DNA of 64,000 nucleotides from Podarcis liolepis. Lineage: Eukaryota. The translations under genes and the position numbers were made by a program. Below are positions 50,761-62,899 of the stretch, piece by piece. How positions within the stretch are numbered: the stretch's first letter is position 1; each line of letters starts with the position of its first letter. A model generated the notes under the pieces. The model was not told the DNA's origin. It did not search any database and worked only from the letters and a program-made list of their open reading frames with translations. The stretch lies in the NCBI GenBank assembly GCA_965112155.1, contig OZ218099.1; one strand, written 5' to 3'.

Positions 50761-53700
50761 TAGCTAGTCACTCCCTGTCAATAGGCTTATCTTCCATGAA
50801 CTTATCTCGTCGTTGTTTTTAAGCCATCCAAGTTCGCAGCCGTCTCTTCTTTCCCGTGGAAGTGCCTTCCATAGTTTTAACTAAGTGAAGAAGTACTTTT
50901 TGTCTGTCCTGAATCTTCCAACATTCAGCTTCACTGGATGTCCATGAGTTCTAGAGTTACGAAAGAGGGAGAAAAACTTTTCTCTATCCCCTTTCTCCAT
51001 GCCATTTGTAATTTTATAAGCTTGTATCATGTCAACTCTTAATCATCGTTTCCCTAAACTAAAATGTTCCAAATGTTGCAACCTTTCACTCCATCCCTTT
51101 AATCATTTTGGTTGCGTTTTCTGAACCTTTTCCAAATCTACAATATCGTTTTTTGAGATGAGGCTACCAGATCTATGCACGGTATTCCAAAGGCAGTCCC
51201 ACCATAGATTTGTATAAAACAGCATTATGGGGTAGTAGTTTTACTTTTAGTTCCTTTCCTAATTTTGTTGGATGCAACAGGGTGTGCATACAGTCTGGTA
51301 TCATCTGCAGAATGTGCAACGGGCAGGGTCTGAAGATTAGGGGTGGTTTACTGTGAATATGATAATTTTGTCATCTTTAAATGTGAAACAAAACCCCTAG
51401 CTTAGCGGTATGTCTGAACTGGGAGTTGTGGTTTGTTTTGCTCCAAACAAGCCACTGTCTTCACCCACAGTTTGTCCCTGGCTTACTGATCATAGTTTGT
51501 TTCCCTTGTGTGCTGGAGAAGGCAGGCAAAATGGATGAGATTGGTGCTTTCACAGCAAACCACTAACTACTGTAAATTGGCATGTTTGAGTAGTCACATT
51601 TTCACTCAAATTACAGCTGCTGTATGTGAAAGTAGTTAAGAGAGTCTGGGAGGGGAGAAGTTAATGTGTGTGAGTTAATGAGTCAATATTTCTCTTACAG
51701 GTTATAGTTCCTGGGGTACTGAGGCCACCAGTACTCAAGGTAAGTCATGATCTCCTAAAATAAAAAGTTTAGAAAAGAAATAGAAGATAACCTTAAGAAT
51801 GTTGAGCATAAGTGTGTTTATAAATAAATATGCTTCTCTTAAGCATGGGTCACAAATAATATTTTTTTAAAGGTCCTGAGCAGCCTTGAATTTTTACTTT
51901 GGGGACAATATATTGAGAGGATTTTATTTTGTATAGGAGATGTCCAATAGTTTTAGCTATTTGGGCAACTAATTTCCCCTTTCCTCCCCCTCTGCAGCCC
52001 CCATGCACTTCTGAAATCTGCTCCAGAGAGTTGGGTAATTCTAGAGTAGATTGAGAGGTGTGAGTAGCTGCAGGTAGAGGAGAGGAAGGGGAAGTCCTCT
52101 GGTATGATGGTGGATATTGCCTATATATCTGTACTTAACTCTTTAACACAACACTTGTGTTTTATTGTGTTGCTGTCAAAGAATTAATTCATTGAAAATT
52201 GTTTTAAATTGCTTGCCTTGTGAAAGAACTTAATCTGTGTTGTGTTAACATCGCTTTGATTGTCGTGTTTAATGTAAAAGTAAACTTTTGTCTCTTTAAA
52301 AGGTGGCTATTCAACGAATCCAGCAAGTTGGCAAGGTATGTGTTTTATTTGCAGTACTGTCTTAAGTATTTTGCCAATTTTCTCAGAATTAACAAGAATA
52401 ACTGACTGGAACATTTAGAGGCATTATGTAAGTATGTGAATTTGCATCACTCCTCCTAAAGCCGAACTTGGCTCCAGAGTTACAACAACTTTGTAGCCAA
52501 AAAAGGGCCATTGAGTATCAGCATGCTTAGGGGAACCCAGAGGTTTGCAAAAGCACAGACATATTTAAAAAATCAAAACTATCTGGGTGGATCCCTGAAA
52601 AGGCCCAGTGAAGGCTAAGCATGCTTAGTAGTTACAGAATCTTAAAAGTTGGCGGTGGGGATTGGAGGAAGAGGGAATGGAAGTGGCTGATGAAGGGAGG
52701 CTTCAAAACTGGCAGGAATGCAAGAGAGGCTAACTGAGAGAGAAGGGAAGTTTAGTAGGAATTAGGGAGAGTGGAAGCTGAGCATTATATTTATACTTTT
52801 CTCCCATTCCCCATCTTTCCCTTCTACATCCAGTGGATGGAGAGAAAGGGGTGGAGGAAGAGATATATAGATACAAAAACAGCACAAAGAACCATTTCAT
52901 TGTAAACCGGGGAATAACCTATCCACACATTGGAAAATTATTCTTAATTAGACCCAGGGTTGGAAATGAGAGCCTCTCATAGAAATCATTGGAGAAATCC
53001 AAGATTTTAATATAGCTGCTAATAGACAAATGAAGCAAAGCTGAAGGGAGTATAGGCAGGGAGCTGCAGAAGGGGGACAGTGAGGGGGCCTTGACCTCTT
53101 CTGACGAAATCAGAACTTCAGGCAGTCATGGGCATGTTTCTGTCCTGATGAGAATATATTCAGGTACCATTCTGCCACAAATAGAGAATTAACCCCTTCA
53201 ATCCTGAGCAGACAGCCTCATCAGCCACAAACTCAGGTGAAACACATACACACAGAAATAATCTGCAAAATTTTGCTGCAGAATTAAGCTTGTAGTATAC
53301 AAAACAGTGTGTGATATAGGTCATGTAATGTTTCTAACTTTTATACTGTTCTTCTTCTAAGGAACATGGGGTGGGTTAAATTTGCTTTTATAGAAGAAAA
53401 ATGATAATAACACACCTAAAATCTCCACCTCTTTAATTGTGGGCACATGACTAAAGCAATAACTCTTCATTGGTCTTGTGGCAGTGGACAGTGGTGGCCT
53501 ATTAATGTTGGTATCTGACAGTTGTTTTCAAGTGTGTCTGAGTGTGAGTGTTGGCTGTGGTGATGGTTTCCATAGATAAGATCGACCCTTGAAACTTGGA
53601 CCCCCCTTTTTTTACTGTACTATTGTCTTTCCTTTTTTCCAGGCTATGAAGGCTATGATTATTACAGTGCCCAAACCAGCAGCTCTACTACAGCTGCCCC

Positions 53701-56700
53701 ATACAACTATGATGCTGCCAGTGTTGCTGCAACTACCTGGGACGCTCCTAAAGCTACCGACATGACAATGAGTGCTGAGATGGGCTCTCGCATGCCAGTT
53801 GTAAATTACGGTAGTGGGTCAGTGGGCACAGAAAACTCTGACTCCATTATAGCAAAAATAAACCAGCGTCTGGATATGCTGTCAAAGGAAGGCAGTGGTG
53901 GTCCTGGGGAAGGCATGGAAGATCAGGGGAGGTAAACTAAAGATTCTCCTCATCTCTGAAAACATATTTCTAGTTCTCAATTGAACCTTAATTTGTTAAA
54001 AACAAGAACTGGTAGAACAATATTGATTAATTGATATGTAGATAGTAGTTTAACATTGGTACAGTTAAACAAATGCTATAGTTTCTGATGACAAAGCTTT
54101 CATGCAAGAGAAGGCAACCTGTTGAAGAGAGGGTCTGCTGCCTTCTGTTGTTGAGGCATCAGCTATCAGATGTGTACCACAAGAGATTTTCAAACAGGGT
54201 TTTCATAATAGTGCCTTGAAACCACATAGAAAATACATGTTATATAGCTTTCATAATTTGTAAGGGTCCCTGGCTGTCTAACAAATATAGATTGTTTCCT
54301 TCTACTTTTGTTGTAGAATGCGTTGCTCCTTATTCCAATACAGTGAACATATAAAGCTGTTTTATGCAGAGTCAGATCATTGATCTATCTAGTTCAGTGT
54401 TGTCTTCTCTGAATAGGAGTAGCTCTCCAGGCTCTTTGGTAAAGGTCATTCTCAGTCCTTTTACTTGTCTTTTTTTACCTGGAGATTCTAAACTTTGGAA
54501 CCTTCTGCATGCAAAGCATGTACTCCACCACTAAGCTATTTCCCCTTCTTTCTAGAGAAGCAAATAAACTTTCAGAGGGCCTCCAGCATGCAAATTTATA
54601 TCTGTGCCAAGTCTGTTTGGACTACCTGTCAAGTCCTCTATAACTACTGACTTAATTCTTTGCTTGTAATACAGCTCTTTCAGATTTGAGTCTTATGAGT
54701 CCTATGATTCTAGAGCATCCGTGCCTGATCGTGACCTGTACAGAACCAGCTATGACTATAATGAAGTTGGATCAGATCGGAATGATTCTTTTGGAAGCCG
54801 CTATGATGATGTTGGTGACCGCAGAGATCAGCCCCGCAACAGAGGAAACAACTATGGCTTTGCCAGAGGGAGGGCCCAGAATCGAGGGCACCCAAACACT
54901 TTCAATCGTGACCACTTCATGCCATCAAGTACAGAACGGATGTCTGCACAATGGAATGAGATGAATTACATGGGTGGAAGGAATATGGAAGGACCTGGAC
55001 CCAACCGGCTTCCATCACTATTTTCCCAAGCACTCGTCCCAGAGTATAGAGATTATGGCGATTATGGAGACTACGGAGACTATGGCAACTATGGGGATTA
55101 TGATTATGGCATGATGGGGATGCAAGGAATGGGAATGGGAAGGTTTCCTGGGAACATGCCCTATGGCTTCAACAGATCACGTGGCAGAGTAAGTTTAGCA
55201 CACTAACCTTAGGAACTCTTACATTTATAGCTGTTTCAGTAGTTGTAAATCATCAGATTGGTTCAGGGATTAACAACAAGAGAAGATGGTCTTATTTTTA
55301 TGTAGATGTTTAATATAACACCATTTATTTTTATTTTTCATTGCAATAATTGGAAGTGATATTGACAGAATAGTGATGTTTTTGTTTTATTGGAACTGAG
55401 ATAAACTGTTTGAAAAAATGCCTGCTTGTGAGGTAGCGATATATGGGTGTTCCTTGGGTGCATGGGTTGGGCTGTATTCTTTACTAAGGAAATGCAGGAA
55501 ATGTATTTTTGTGAAAGAGGACATTTATAGCAGGAAACTAATGCATTCTGGGGTTCCTGGCAAGTGCCAACAAACTGGCCAAGCATGTATTGCTCTTTTT
55601 TTCTTTCTAGCCAAAGAGGAGACCATTTCGTGGTCGTTTTGGTGGGCATTCAGATTTTGAAAGTGGATTACGCAAACGGAAACATTCCCAAAGTGGAGAT
55701 GAACCAGACACTGGCAAACAGACAAAGACAGAAAGTGAAAGAGGTTATTCTGACAATGGTAATGTTTTGATTTTGTTACATTAGGGACTAGTCTCCTTTT
55801 TTCTCATCCTTTGCTTTGGTACCAACCTATTTGTCTTCTAATCATTTATTAAATATGTCATTATAAATCCTCCTACTTCGATGTGCTACTATAAAATATA
55901 GTACTTCACAGCAATGTTACAGTTCACCAAATAAATAAATGGCCTGCATCTCTGGAGTAAGATGGAGAAGAGTTGGGAAATATATGCTAGCAAGTAAATT
56001 TCTCAGCAGATGGAAACCAAACTTCCACTTTAAATGATCTCAGAAGAGTGCTATGTTTAGACTATAAAATAAAATGAACTTTTCACAGTAGTTGAATGGT
56101 GTCTTGTGTATTGACAGATAATGGTGAAGGAGAGGACAAATCAGGAGATGAAAGAGATAAAGGTGTAAGTAACTTTTTCAAAAGTATCTGGATTTTCAGA
56201 AGTGATCATTTAAAGTGATGAATGTTTTGGATTGCTGACATTGTAATGCAGCATACATTGAGCTTTTAAGAGATGTAAAATTAATTACTGTGTGTAATCC
56301 CTCTCTCCCTTTTTTTAAAGGAGCATGAGAGAAGCAATGAAAATCTAAAGAGGAAAGGTAGGGTTTAATTCATTTGGCAGGCCTATATTAACTTTCCACT
56401 TGAAAGTTATGAGGGATTGTTATGAGGGATTGTGGAGTGGGTAGGAATTCCATTCTGATCTTCTATGGAGGCCATTACAGTGGTACCTCGGGTTACGAAC
56501 AGTCCTGCTTACGAATGCTTCGGGTTACAAACTTACAAACCCGGAAGTAGGTGTCCCGAGTTGCGAACCTTACCCCGGAATATGAACGCAATCCACTTCC
56601 AGGGCCGCGGTAGGCCTACGTAGGGAATGCGCGCCTCGGGTTAAGAATGCTTCAGGTTAAGAATGGACTTCTGGAACGAATTATGTTCGTAACCCAAGGT

Positions 56701-59700
56701 ACCACTGTAGATGCAACCGGCTAAAATTAATTTGAACTCAAAAACTTGTAACATCAATATTAACGCCTTAGGGGAGATAGTATTGTAGCATTCATGTATC
56801 TTCCTTAGAAGCAGTGACTAGCCAGATGTCTCTGAAAACTGAAAATATTATATCTAAGATCCTCAGCTTTATTTTCTTTCCTTTCAGTTTTCTTGCCAGT
56901 ATTCAACAAATTAGTGATAATTCCTGTTTTAAAGCCATCTAAAGCTGATAGTCATCACTGCATCATGTGACAGTGAATTCCATAACATATTAATTGGGTA
57001 AATAAATACTATACTCTAAAATCTACTCTTTTCAGTCCCAAGCTCTAGTATTATCTACATATTATGAGCTGGTTTTTGTAACTTAGTATGGATGCGTGAG
57101 GCTTAGCCCTGTGCAGTGCAGCAGCAGGAAAGTGGCTGAAACCACCTCTCATGTAATCTTAGAGTTGGAAGAGACCCCAAGGGACATCTTGTCCAACCCC
57201 CTGCAATGCAGGAATCTTAGCTAATACATCATGACAGAGACAGAGACTCTGTAGACAGCACATTCACACTATGCCCATTAGTTGGCTTAGTTTGAAGTAA
57301 GCCTATGTAAACTGCCAGCCCTCTGAACTTTAATTCCTTTTATTTGCTAAAAACCTTTAACTCTTTAGCTTCTCCCAACCTCGTAGGAGATTCAACTCTG
57401 TGATCACAGATGCTCATATCTTTACCTTCTGCAGTTTTGATACCGTTTTTGAGATGAGTCAAAAACATGCCTTTAAATATGGCCTTGTTGCAAACTTGAA
57501 TAATACTCTGATTCTTACTATTTTCAGTACTTCCATAATAATTTGATATAGTTTACCCTTTGCATTGCTGCAGCTCATTGAATTGATTCTTCCAGGAGCT
57601 TTCCATAAGAACTCCCCAAGATCTGTCTTGGATAGTCAGACAATTTTGACTTCCTCTTGTGAAGATACCCTTTTAAAAATTCACTGTGCATCACTTTGCA
57701 CTTAACATTGAATTTCACATGCCATTTTGCTGTTTGTTCATTGTCCAGTAACCAGTTTCCATTCCCTGGGCCATTTGTTTAGCTTGATAGAAACATAAAG
57801 AAAGATATTAGTGAACAGTATAGGTATACCCAGCTGTTTCAGCACATCTCAATGTATTTCTTATAGTTGTAGTGTGTGTTGTGTTTTTGAAACATACATT
57901 ACTATTTTTGAGACTACATTGTTTCAAGTTTCTGCTTCTGTTACTGTTACTGTTTGTTTATTACATCATATTTATTATGTATCTCTTGTCTTCCTAAGAA
58001 GCTCAGAGAGAAATGTTAGTGTCCATTCTGTGATTGAGATTGACTTGCCCAAGGCAAACCAGTGACCTTCAGAGTTGACTAGGGATATGAGTGTGACTGT
58101 TCCCCACTCCACCTTCTTCCACTGCACTAGCTAAGAACCATTCAGAGGACTGACATAAGCGTGAAGACTAACAGAAAGCAGTTTCACTGGTGGCAGTATT
58201 TCTTATGAGACTAGCCCTCATGTCTATGTTGTATATCATGAGGGAGGCTATGGCTGTGTTGAAAAAGTGCAATTTAATGAATAATGTAAATAATATTTGT
58301 GAATTACACTTGCCATATGAAACACTGATAGAGGTAAGTGCTTTTTTTATTGCCTTCACATGGTAGATCTTTAACTGACCCTTAGAAAAGCAAGTCAAGG
58401 AAAGAGGAGAAAAGAGATTAGAAGGTACAGTATTTTCATCCCATGACATTGTAATGCAGTTGAACGTTAGTTCTTAAAGAACTTCCTTAAATGTAACTTT
58501 CTGTAGCATCTGGTGATGGCATTGATGATGATGATGATGAAGAGTCAAAACAAAGAAAAGAGAAGCAGAGGCAGAGGGATCGAATGCGTGATCGTGCTAT
58601 GGACAGGTAACTGAACAGATTAAAACTCTTACATCTTTAAACATCTTTGGCTTAAAATTCATTTTAACTTAAATTCCTGCTTCATACATAAAATTAAACC
58701 CACATTATATGAAGCCTTTCAAAATATGGCTACAGTAATTGAGAACATTCTGTTTTTTCTCCAGGAATATTCACTAAAGTTTCTTGGGCTGTCTCTTTCT
58801 ACAAAAGTAATTTTTTTGCTGCCACCCTGCAAGTTTGCTTTCCAGCTCAAGGAAAACAAATGGCTCTTGCTATGTAAAATTTAGTTTCATACATTGTCTT
58901 TTAAATTGCTAATAAGTTTGCATAGTTTGCTATAATAAACAAACAGTGCAACCCTAGATTGAAGCAGCAAAGGAATCTGGTAGACAGAATGTTTCTTAGG
59001 TTCTGTTAGGACAATAGTTGAATTTATGGTATTTATTTTTCATGTATTGAATTTCATAAATAATGTGTACTAAAAATCAACTTCAATGCCTTCCTTTAGA
59101 ATCCAGTTTGCTTGCTCTGTATGTAAATTCCGAAGCTTTGATGATGAAGAAATGGAGAAGCATCTACAGAGCAAATTTCACAAGGAGGTCCTGCGATACA
59201 TTGGGACCAAACTGCCTGACAAGACTGTAGAATTCCTGCAGGTATGCTTATTTGGGTTTTTAAGTTGTGAACAAAAACAACTATCAGGTAACTGAACTGC
59301 TTCTGCTATCCAGTAATTGCGATTAATGCCCAAAGAATTGCTAGTGGTTATTTTTGTAAGTTTCTCTTAAATTAGGTCAGGCTTCCTCCAGATGTTTTGA
59401 AACTATAATTCCCGTCATCCCTGACCACTGGTCCAGCTAGCTATGGATCATGGGAGTTGTAGGCCAAAAACATCTGGAGAGCCGAGGTTGAGGAAGCCTG
59501 AACTAGGTTTTTTGTCAAGTTACTATCAAGTAATTTGTTACCTGCAGCATGTTTCCGGATAGCAGTGTCTAACTGGTTGGTCATTAGGGCTTGAGTTGAT
59601 GAGTTCCACCTGAAAGTGTGAAGGAAAGAGTGAAACAGAACTGTTAAGAAGCCGTTATCCAGTGAACTACATAGTGATTGGAGATTACTAATTTGAGTGA

Positions 59701-62647
59701 TTAGTGTATAGTTGCAATGTCACCTCTAGCTGGACTTTTTACTCAGTTTTGGAGACAGTGACTTCCCTGATTACACATATTTTCTCCTTTACAATCCCCA
59801 GAAATATATAGTGAACAGAAATAAGAAAATTGGGAAACGCCGACAAGAGCTAACGGAGAAGGATGGTCCAAAACAAAAACCAGATCCTTTCAAAGGTAAG
59901 TGGAACACTATTAAGAATTCTCAATCCACCACCTAGAAAGTACAGTGCAGAAATCTCAACTAAAGTATCCATGACAAATGGCCATACAAATACTGCTTAA
60001 AAATCTCCATTGAAGCTGAGTCCACCACCTTCTGATAGATTAGGCAGGCTGTTAACTGTTGCTGTGAGGAAGAGAGCAGAGATGTTTCGACAAAAAAACA
60101 AGGTTATAGCCATTGTTGTAATAGTTCCCCCTATGTTTGGGTCATGTTGCCCTAGGATGTTCTAGGGACAGACAAGCTAATGCTTGTGAGGAGTTTTGCA
60201 GTAGCAGCTGGGGGTTTTTTAATGGCATGACCATTATTGCTGTAGTGAGTTTCTTGCATTGGCCTTTGAATTCTCTTCTAGTTTCTCTGACCAACTGTTT
60301 CTTAGTTTGTATGCTTAAAATGATTAATGTAGCCAATTTCTGGGAATGGTGTCAAAACAACTGCTTGAGAAATAACATACTACACCATTTTAATAGTTTA
60401 TGTTCAGTTGTATGCATCTAATTTGTGTTTGTACCATTTCAGGAATTGGCCAGGAGCACTTTTTTAAAAAGATAGATGCTGCTCATTGTATGGCTTGTGA
60501 TATGCTAATTCCTGCACAACATCATCTTCTCCAGAGACACCTGAGGTCTGTTGATCACAACAGGAATCGCAGAGTAAGCAGTATTAGTATTTTCTATATG
60601 ATTGATTAATGAAGTGCATTGATTTAGAAAGCAGTCCATGTGTGCTTGCTTAGCAAGTCCCACAAACTGCATGGGGCTTACCTGCTAGTGTGTTTAGTAA
60701 TGCAGGTTTAGAAATTCTTTGATTGATTGCTATTCCATACCTGACACTTTTTTCAAATCTGGGATTTGCTTCTCAATTACAATTGAAAACTTATTTATGA
60801 AGGCATGACTAACCTGCTTTTTGGTTGCTAATAAATGATAGTATAGCATAGATTAGAAAATATTTCTGTGCACCTTTTCATTCACAAAAATTGCAAAGCA
60901 GCTTACAAACAGTAAATAACAATAACATAATAGAAAATCACAATAGCAACATAAAGCATGTAGAATAATGAACAACTCATCAGTAAAACAATTACAAACC
61001 ATCAATAAAACATTTAAAATCCATAAAACACTTAACAAAACAACTAAAAAAATAAGCTAAACAGCACAATTACAACAAAAAGCATATTATAGGATTCACA
61101 ACATTCATAATCTATAAAACAATATTGGCAACATTAGCAAGATAGCAATTAAAAATTATCTTAGGACTGATTGATTCATACACACCCTCACCACCTCCAT
61201 GACACATAATATTCCACTCTATTCAGTTCACTAAAGGACACATAAACATAATGCCTGTGGGAGCAACTCCATTCTGAAGGCTCTTAGGGCTGGAGGGTGG
61301 GGCAAGGCATTGCCTGATGGCCATCATAAAATCTCTCCCTTTTTCCTCCTATGTCTGGGACTCAACCTAAGAGTTATTTCACTATATAGGAAAAGCAAGT
61401 GCAGGTGATTTGAATGCCTTCTGGGTGAGTCATGGCTCTTAGTTCAAGGGCATGAGTGTCTCTGTATCTCCTTTTCGAAATATGAAAACTATCAGACCAC
61501 TTTTGTGATGCTTCAGGAAAGCATTCTTTTATGTACAGTCTACTTTTTTAAAAAGTGCCAATAATATGCATGGTTTTTCCAGTTTGAGAAACCATAATAA
61601 TGACACCTGTAGCTACAAAAGAGGAGAACTTTATTGGAGTATGAGTAAAGTTACAGTGCTTGATTTTTCCTTATAGTCCCTGAAAGACTTAAGTCTGTGA
61701 TAGGGCTAAGAACAGTGATAGAGGAATACATAGGCTACAGAATAGAGGATTACATAGGCTACATAGATTACACCTACATTTGATAAATGTTTGAATAGCT
61801 TGATGACACATGTGTAACTTGCCATGTTATAACTGAAACTTGGATATAACGACTTCTACTTCGGCCTGAAGGAAAATTTAGCCAACGTATCTCTATTGTG
61901 TAAGAAGAGAAGGTGCAAATTGGTTCTGTTCTTATGCAGTATGTATTGAAGTTTCCCTTATGAAATATCAATACAGTAAAGCACTATTAAATATAAACAG
62001 TTGGATAAAAGCACTATAGAAAAGCACTATTGGTTTTGGTTACACTTCTGATAGTGAAATAAGCCCCCTTTGGCAGTAAAGATGCCCAAATAAATATATT
62101 AGTTCATATAAAGCATATTTTAGTTTCCTGTCCTAGACTCACTTTTTATAAGCTTCCGTCATTTTTATTACCGTGTGTTGGATCCAGAGTTGCCCTTCTG
62201 TTCATTGAAACTATTCCATTTGTTGAAGGGAGTGCAATCCAGCAGAAGCTTCTGCTGGAGGAAGAGCTGGTTTTTGTTTTTGTCATTTTATAGAAATACC
62301 CCAAATATAGAACAAAACCCTAGCTCCAGCATAATGTAAGTTGAAAATGCCTAGGCAGAAGCATCACCAGGAAGTCTATGGCAAGAGCTTTTCACTGACC
62401 ATATTTACTCTTAAGTATTTTTTCTTTTACAAAGTCTTGAGTGCATAGTGCTGCAAAAGTGATGGCTGTAAAATAAGGAAGATAGCCAGAATTGCAGCAT
62501 TCTTATTTTGTACTTAGGCATCATATTGACTTGTGTTTCTACACTTCCTAGATGGCAGCTGAACATTTCAAGAAGGCTAGTTTCCACGTAGCTAAAAGTG
62601 TTCTGAATAGCAAGCACATTGTGAAAATGCTAGAAAAGTACCTCAAG
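50117..62647 (+). CDS. AKAP8: A-kinase anchor protein 8 (AKAP95), spliced CDS, 3'-partial (last exon outside window)
   Basis: join(50117-50132,51701-51739,52303-52335,53643-53931,54675-55188,55611-55758,56118-56164,56321-56357,58507-58606,59100-59241,59802-59895,60443-60573,62552-62647) = 1686 nt, open frame. MDQGYG start, [58 protein letters not shown]. Confidence 0.95.
50775..51265 (-). mobile_element. CR1-type LINE 3' fragment
   Basis: ttttaagccatcc...ttcagcttcactggatgtcc...tccctaaactaaaa...tttttgagatgagg...gtattccaa resembles a reverse CR1 ORF2 C-terminus/3' end. Confidence 0.7.
51701..51739 (+). CDS. AKAP8: AKAP8 exon 2 ([13 protein letters not shown])
   Basis: Acceptor tctcttacag, donor AAG|gtaagt; 39 nt. 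Confidence 0.9.
52303..52335 (+). CDS. AKAP8: AKAP8 exon 3 ([11 protein letters not shown])
   Basis: Acceptor ctctttaaaag, donor AAG|gtatgt; 33 nt. Confidence 0.87.
52840..53260 (+). mobile_element. Possible decayed Penelope-like element 3' portion
   Basis: Degenerate translation I*IQKQH...[13 protein letters not shown] resembles a Penelope GIY-YIG C-terminus; followed by gccacaaactcaggtgaaac, resembling a decayed hammerhead region. Confidence 0.3.
53643..53931 (+). CDS. AKAP8: AKAP8 exon 4 (GYEGYDYY...[12 protein letters not shown])
   Basis: Acceptor ttttttccag, donor AG|gtaaac; 289 nt. Confidence 0.94.
54350..54545 (-). mobile_element. tRNA-derived SINE relic
   Basis: ttggaaccttctgcatgcaaagcatgtactccaccactaagcta, a reverse tRNA-like head. 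Confidence 0.65.
54675..55188 (+). CDS. AKAP8: AKAP8 exon 5 ([14 protein letters not shown]...RSRGR)
   Basis: Acceptor taatacag, donor AGA|gtaagt; 514 nt. Confidence 0.93.
55051..55110 (+). repeat. Coding 9-bp tandem repeat (GAYTAYGGN)n encoding (DYG)n
   Basis: gattatggc gattatgga gactacgga gactatggc aactatggg gattat gattatggc. Confidence 0.9.
55611..55758 (+). CDS. AKAP8: AKAP8 exon 6 (PKRR...RKRK bipartite NLS-like)
   Basis: Acceptor ttctttctag, donor G|gtaatg; 148 nt. Confidence 0.92.
56118..56164 (+). CDS. AKAP8: AKAP8 exon 7 ([16 protein letters not shown])
   Basis: Acceptor attgacag, donor GGT|gtaagt; 47 nt. Confidence 0.85.
56321..56357 (+). CDS. AKAP8: AKAP8 exon 8 ([12 protein letters not shown])
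   Basis: Acceptor cccttttttttaaag, donor AAG|gtaggg; 37 nt; needed to restore the frame (phase 0 to 1). Confidence 0.82.
56478..56707. mobile_element. Tc1/mariner-type MITE
   Basis: TA|CAGTGGTACCTCGGGTTACGAAC...GTTCGTAACCCAAGGTACCACTG|TA, ~23-bp TIR. Confidence 0.92.
56900..57745 (-). mobile_element. Old CR1-type LINE fragments with nested repeats
   Basis: ttttaaagccatct...gtgaattccata; tttttgagatgag...gcatcactttgcactt...tgaatttcac.tgccatttt, similar to 50775-51265. Nested agagttggaagagaccccaaggg...tccaacccc CR1 tail near 57160-57220. Confidence 0.55.
58507..58606 (+). CDS. AKAP8: AKAP8 exon 9 ([13 protein letters not shown]...RDRAMD)
   Basis: Acceptor tttctgtag, donor AG|gtaact; 100 nt. 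Confidence 0.92.
59100..59241 (+). CDS. AKAP8: AKAP8 exon 10 (zinc finger 1)
   Basis: Acceptor ttcctttag, donor CAG|gtatgc; 142 nt, same length as the AKAP8L paralogous exon. Confidence 0.95.
59378..59500. mobile_element. hAT-type MITE with 8-bp TSD
   Basis: TIRs CAGGCTTCCTC / GAGGAAGCCTG; TSD AATTAGGT (59370-59377) and AACTAGGT (59501-59508), one mismatch. Confidence 0.85.
59802..59895 (+). CDS. AKAP8: AKAP8 exon 11 (KYIVNRNKK...KPDPFK)
   Basis: Acceptor aatccccag, donor G|gtaagt; 94 nt. Confidence 0.93.
60443..60573 (+). CDS. AKAP8: AKAP8 exon 12 (zinc finger 2)
   Basis: Acceptor ccatttcag, donor AGA|gtaagc; 131 nt. Confidence 0.95.
60852..61165 (-). mobile_element. A-rich LINE (L2-like) 3' UTR relic
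   Basis: atttctgtgcaccttttc...caaagcagcttaca followed by ~250 bp A/C-rich low-complexity sequence. Confidence 0.5.
62552..62647 (+). CDS. AKAP8: AKAP8 exon 13 ([19 protein letters not shown]...EKYLK)
   Basis: Acceptor acttcctag, donor AAG|gtaagt; 96 nt. Confidence 0.95.
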
Positions 62648-62899
62648 GTAAGTAAGCAGGATGTTTGCTGTGTAGTCCTGCTTTTTCACAGAGCAAGAGC
62701 GCAGGAGCTTCAGCTTGGCCTCAACAGAGCATCACAGTAATATTGCTGAGTGTGCTGCATGTGTCTTTTCACATAAGATGGAGGGAAGCAAAATTATTTC
62801 TTTGCTTTCTTATGTATAATCTGAGCCTTGATTAGTGTCTTCCTCTCTAGCATTCACTCCCACTCCTCCCAGATGTGTTGGATACTCATACTAGCAGAC

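Noticed and set aside
53138-53216. C/D-box snoRNA-like arrangement (TGATGA...CTGA with ctgtc/gacag flanks)
   Set aside because: C box lacks the leading purine, stem spacing is atypical, no rRNA-complementary guide is evident, and it lies in a probable transposon relic.
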